Positions 62,500 to 64,000 of a stretch of 64,000 nucleotides of DNA are shown piece by piece. The translations under genes and the position numbers were made by a program. The DNA lies in NCBI GenBank assembly GCA_040954595.2, contig CM082598.2, positions 10,183,097 through 10,247,096 on the forward strand, read 5' to 3'. This stretch comes from Balanoglossus misakiensis. Its lineage: Eukaryota; Animalia; Hemichordata. The notes below the pieces were generated by a model that was not told the origin of the DNA, did no database searches, and saw nothing but the letters and a program-made list of their open reading frames with translations. The stretch's first letter is position 1, and each line of letters opens with the position of its first letter.

Positions 62500-64000
62500 T
62501 TAAACTATGACTGCATTGATATACCAAGGGGAACCCCGGTAAAATGACTGAGTAACCACGGTAACATTTACCTTGGTACCGCACAGTATGCATATGAGTA
62601 CAATGTATGTGTGTTCATGTATATGCATTGTGTATGCCTATCCGAAAACTCATTTAAATGGACCATTATGTTGTACCATACTGTTGAAAAAGGGCGCTAC
62701 ATGTATTGGAGCTTTAGTAATAATTGAAATACATGTAATGTGGAACAATTCTTCCTTTTTGTATACTGATTACCGCTTACTCCATGTTTACATAGTGATA
62801 TGTGTAACTACTACCCTGACCTGTCCATATTTGAAGGCCCTAGTTGCCAGCGTCGCACTGCCCAGCAGAAGTGCCAAGGATTCCCAGGCCAATGTCACTA
62901 TGGCAACCCAGGTCTCAAGGGGGTCAAGCATGGGTGCATTCAATGGTATGGCCTCCTCATCGACCTCGGCCCACTGGTCAAAGTAGGACGTCACACCACT
63001 CAAAATGAAACTGGGTTCCGACAGTAGTCTTGAAGGTGAATTTTTCATTCCTTATTTTTGCAGAACATGTATTTAATGCACTTGTCACTATTGCAAAAAG
63101 TAAGCGTTCACAAAATTTATGTCCAAATGTGCAAGAATCCTGTGTTTGAGTCAAGCTGAATAGCCAGAATACATGTCAAACATAAGTCTACCACAGGGCG
63201 CCCTACATGTCATGTGATAATTCTATGGAGATTCAACCTCATTGCTGGATATGCCATGGGCACTCAAGTGAAAAAGTTTGTAAAGGCTGCCGACAAGCAC
63301 TATTACGTACTCAACCCAGTCTATTGTCTCATTTTGATCATCGACGAATGGTATGACTTGCAACAGACATAATTATTAATGAGTATGAATTTTAATAAGC
63401 AATCTGTACTCTTATCTGGGCAGAATCCTGAGCCTGCAAACCAGATTAAATTTGACAGAAACTACATCAAAGTCGGTGCAGATTTGAGAGGTTGTTGTTG
63501 TTTTTTTACAGAGATACTTGAAGGGCTTCAAGAATTGGACGACATTTCCAAACGGAAAGTGGATATCTTGCATTATTTCACGGTAAGTTTACTCTGAAGT
63601 TTTGTCACTTTCACAGCCAAGACTTGGTTCAGTTCCAAAGCTTGAGTGACTTGGGCATTGCTTGAAGACCTGCATAAGTGTCATTTGAGAGTTCTGAATT
63701 CAACAAAACCACTAACCAAAGTTTTCCTTAGAAACTAGGAATATTGTAAGTGAAATTCAATTGAATCATGTGGCTGTCGAACATTGGTCCCAACAATAAC
63801 GACGAACACAATACGATAGAATTTTTACTCAATGACTTTCTGGCCTCATTTTCGCATCGTCTTGGAAGGGCAAATGAAAAAGGCATATCGATTATTGGTA
63901 CTCCACTTATTAGACTTTCCACTGTTTGTCAACAGCACTGCCAAGGAACTCCTGCCAGCCATCATTGATTGTCTGGATAGTAGTGCCCAGAGTGTCGTCA

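Larger units (their letters stand above)
47166..64000 (+). repeat. Six-unit tandem array of INTS1 3' exon blocks
   Basis: CCAATCACACCAAAG restarts at 47166, 49966, 52288, 55597, 57859 and 60593, giving unit lengths of 2800, 2322, 3309, 2262, 2734 and >3400 bp. The array runs off the window end. Confidence 0.95.
47498..64000 (+). pseudogene. INTS1: INTS1 C-terminal exons repeated in a six-unit tandem array
   Basis: Unit-1 exons: 47498-47687 (QMAMISAALKGRVHLTFPEF*SRHHLLFFSHILGLLELLQPYVF), 48070-48286, 48763-48833 (ILEGLQELDDISKRKVDILHYFT), 49187-49271 (TAKELLPAIIDCLDSSAQSVVNVALQHL, truncated), 49326-49455 (LRLLSEMYLQQ), 49814-49947 (NDANIALRKIATSHPTLLLR). They match the INTS1 C-terminus (DASMACRKLAVAHPLLLLRHLPMIAALLHGRTHLNFQEF...VLGLLELLQPHVF). 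Every unit has stops or deletions. Confidence 0.9.

Noticed and set aside
1-64000. Prokaryotic systems (CRISPR array, operons, IS5-family element)
   Set aside because: Spliceosomal introns, THAP domains and INTS1 exons show animal DNA. The repeats are kb-scale with no repeat-spacer pattern.

Overview
AT-rich metazoan genomic DNA with GT-AG introns, most consistent with a marine invertebrate deuterostome (taxon is an inference). There are no prokaryotic features and most ORF-track entries are spurious. The window is built almost entirely from rearranged copies of two things. (1) Degraded, intron-containing fragments of Integrator complex subunit 1 (INTS1): middle exons lie on the minus strand in two tandem-duplicated blocks (0.1-23.4 kb), and C-terminal exons lie on the plus strand in a six-unit, circularly permuted 2.3-3.4 kb tandem array (47.2-64 kb). 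(2) Between these arms is a PIF/Harbinger-superfamily ISL2EU-type DNA transposon (THAP-HTH-DDE_Tnp_4 transposase plus remnants of the convergent SWIM/YqaJ-type ORF2). Its transposase is amplified as four ~4.08 kb chimeric tandem units, one truncated copy and one inverted copy. Two copies keep an open 1.2 kb DDE exon, and one of these has gained a new in-frame ATG. Several TTAA-targeting Kolobok-like non-autonomous elements are present, three with filled/empty site pairs inside the window. Also visible are apparent Tc1/mariner excision footprints, probable CGA>TGA stops and templated-insertion junctions. Protein identities come from remembered family sequences, not from a database search.
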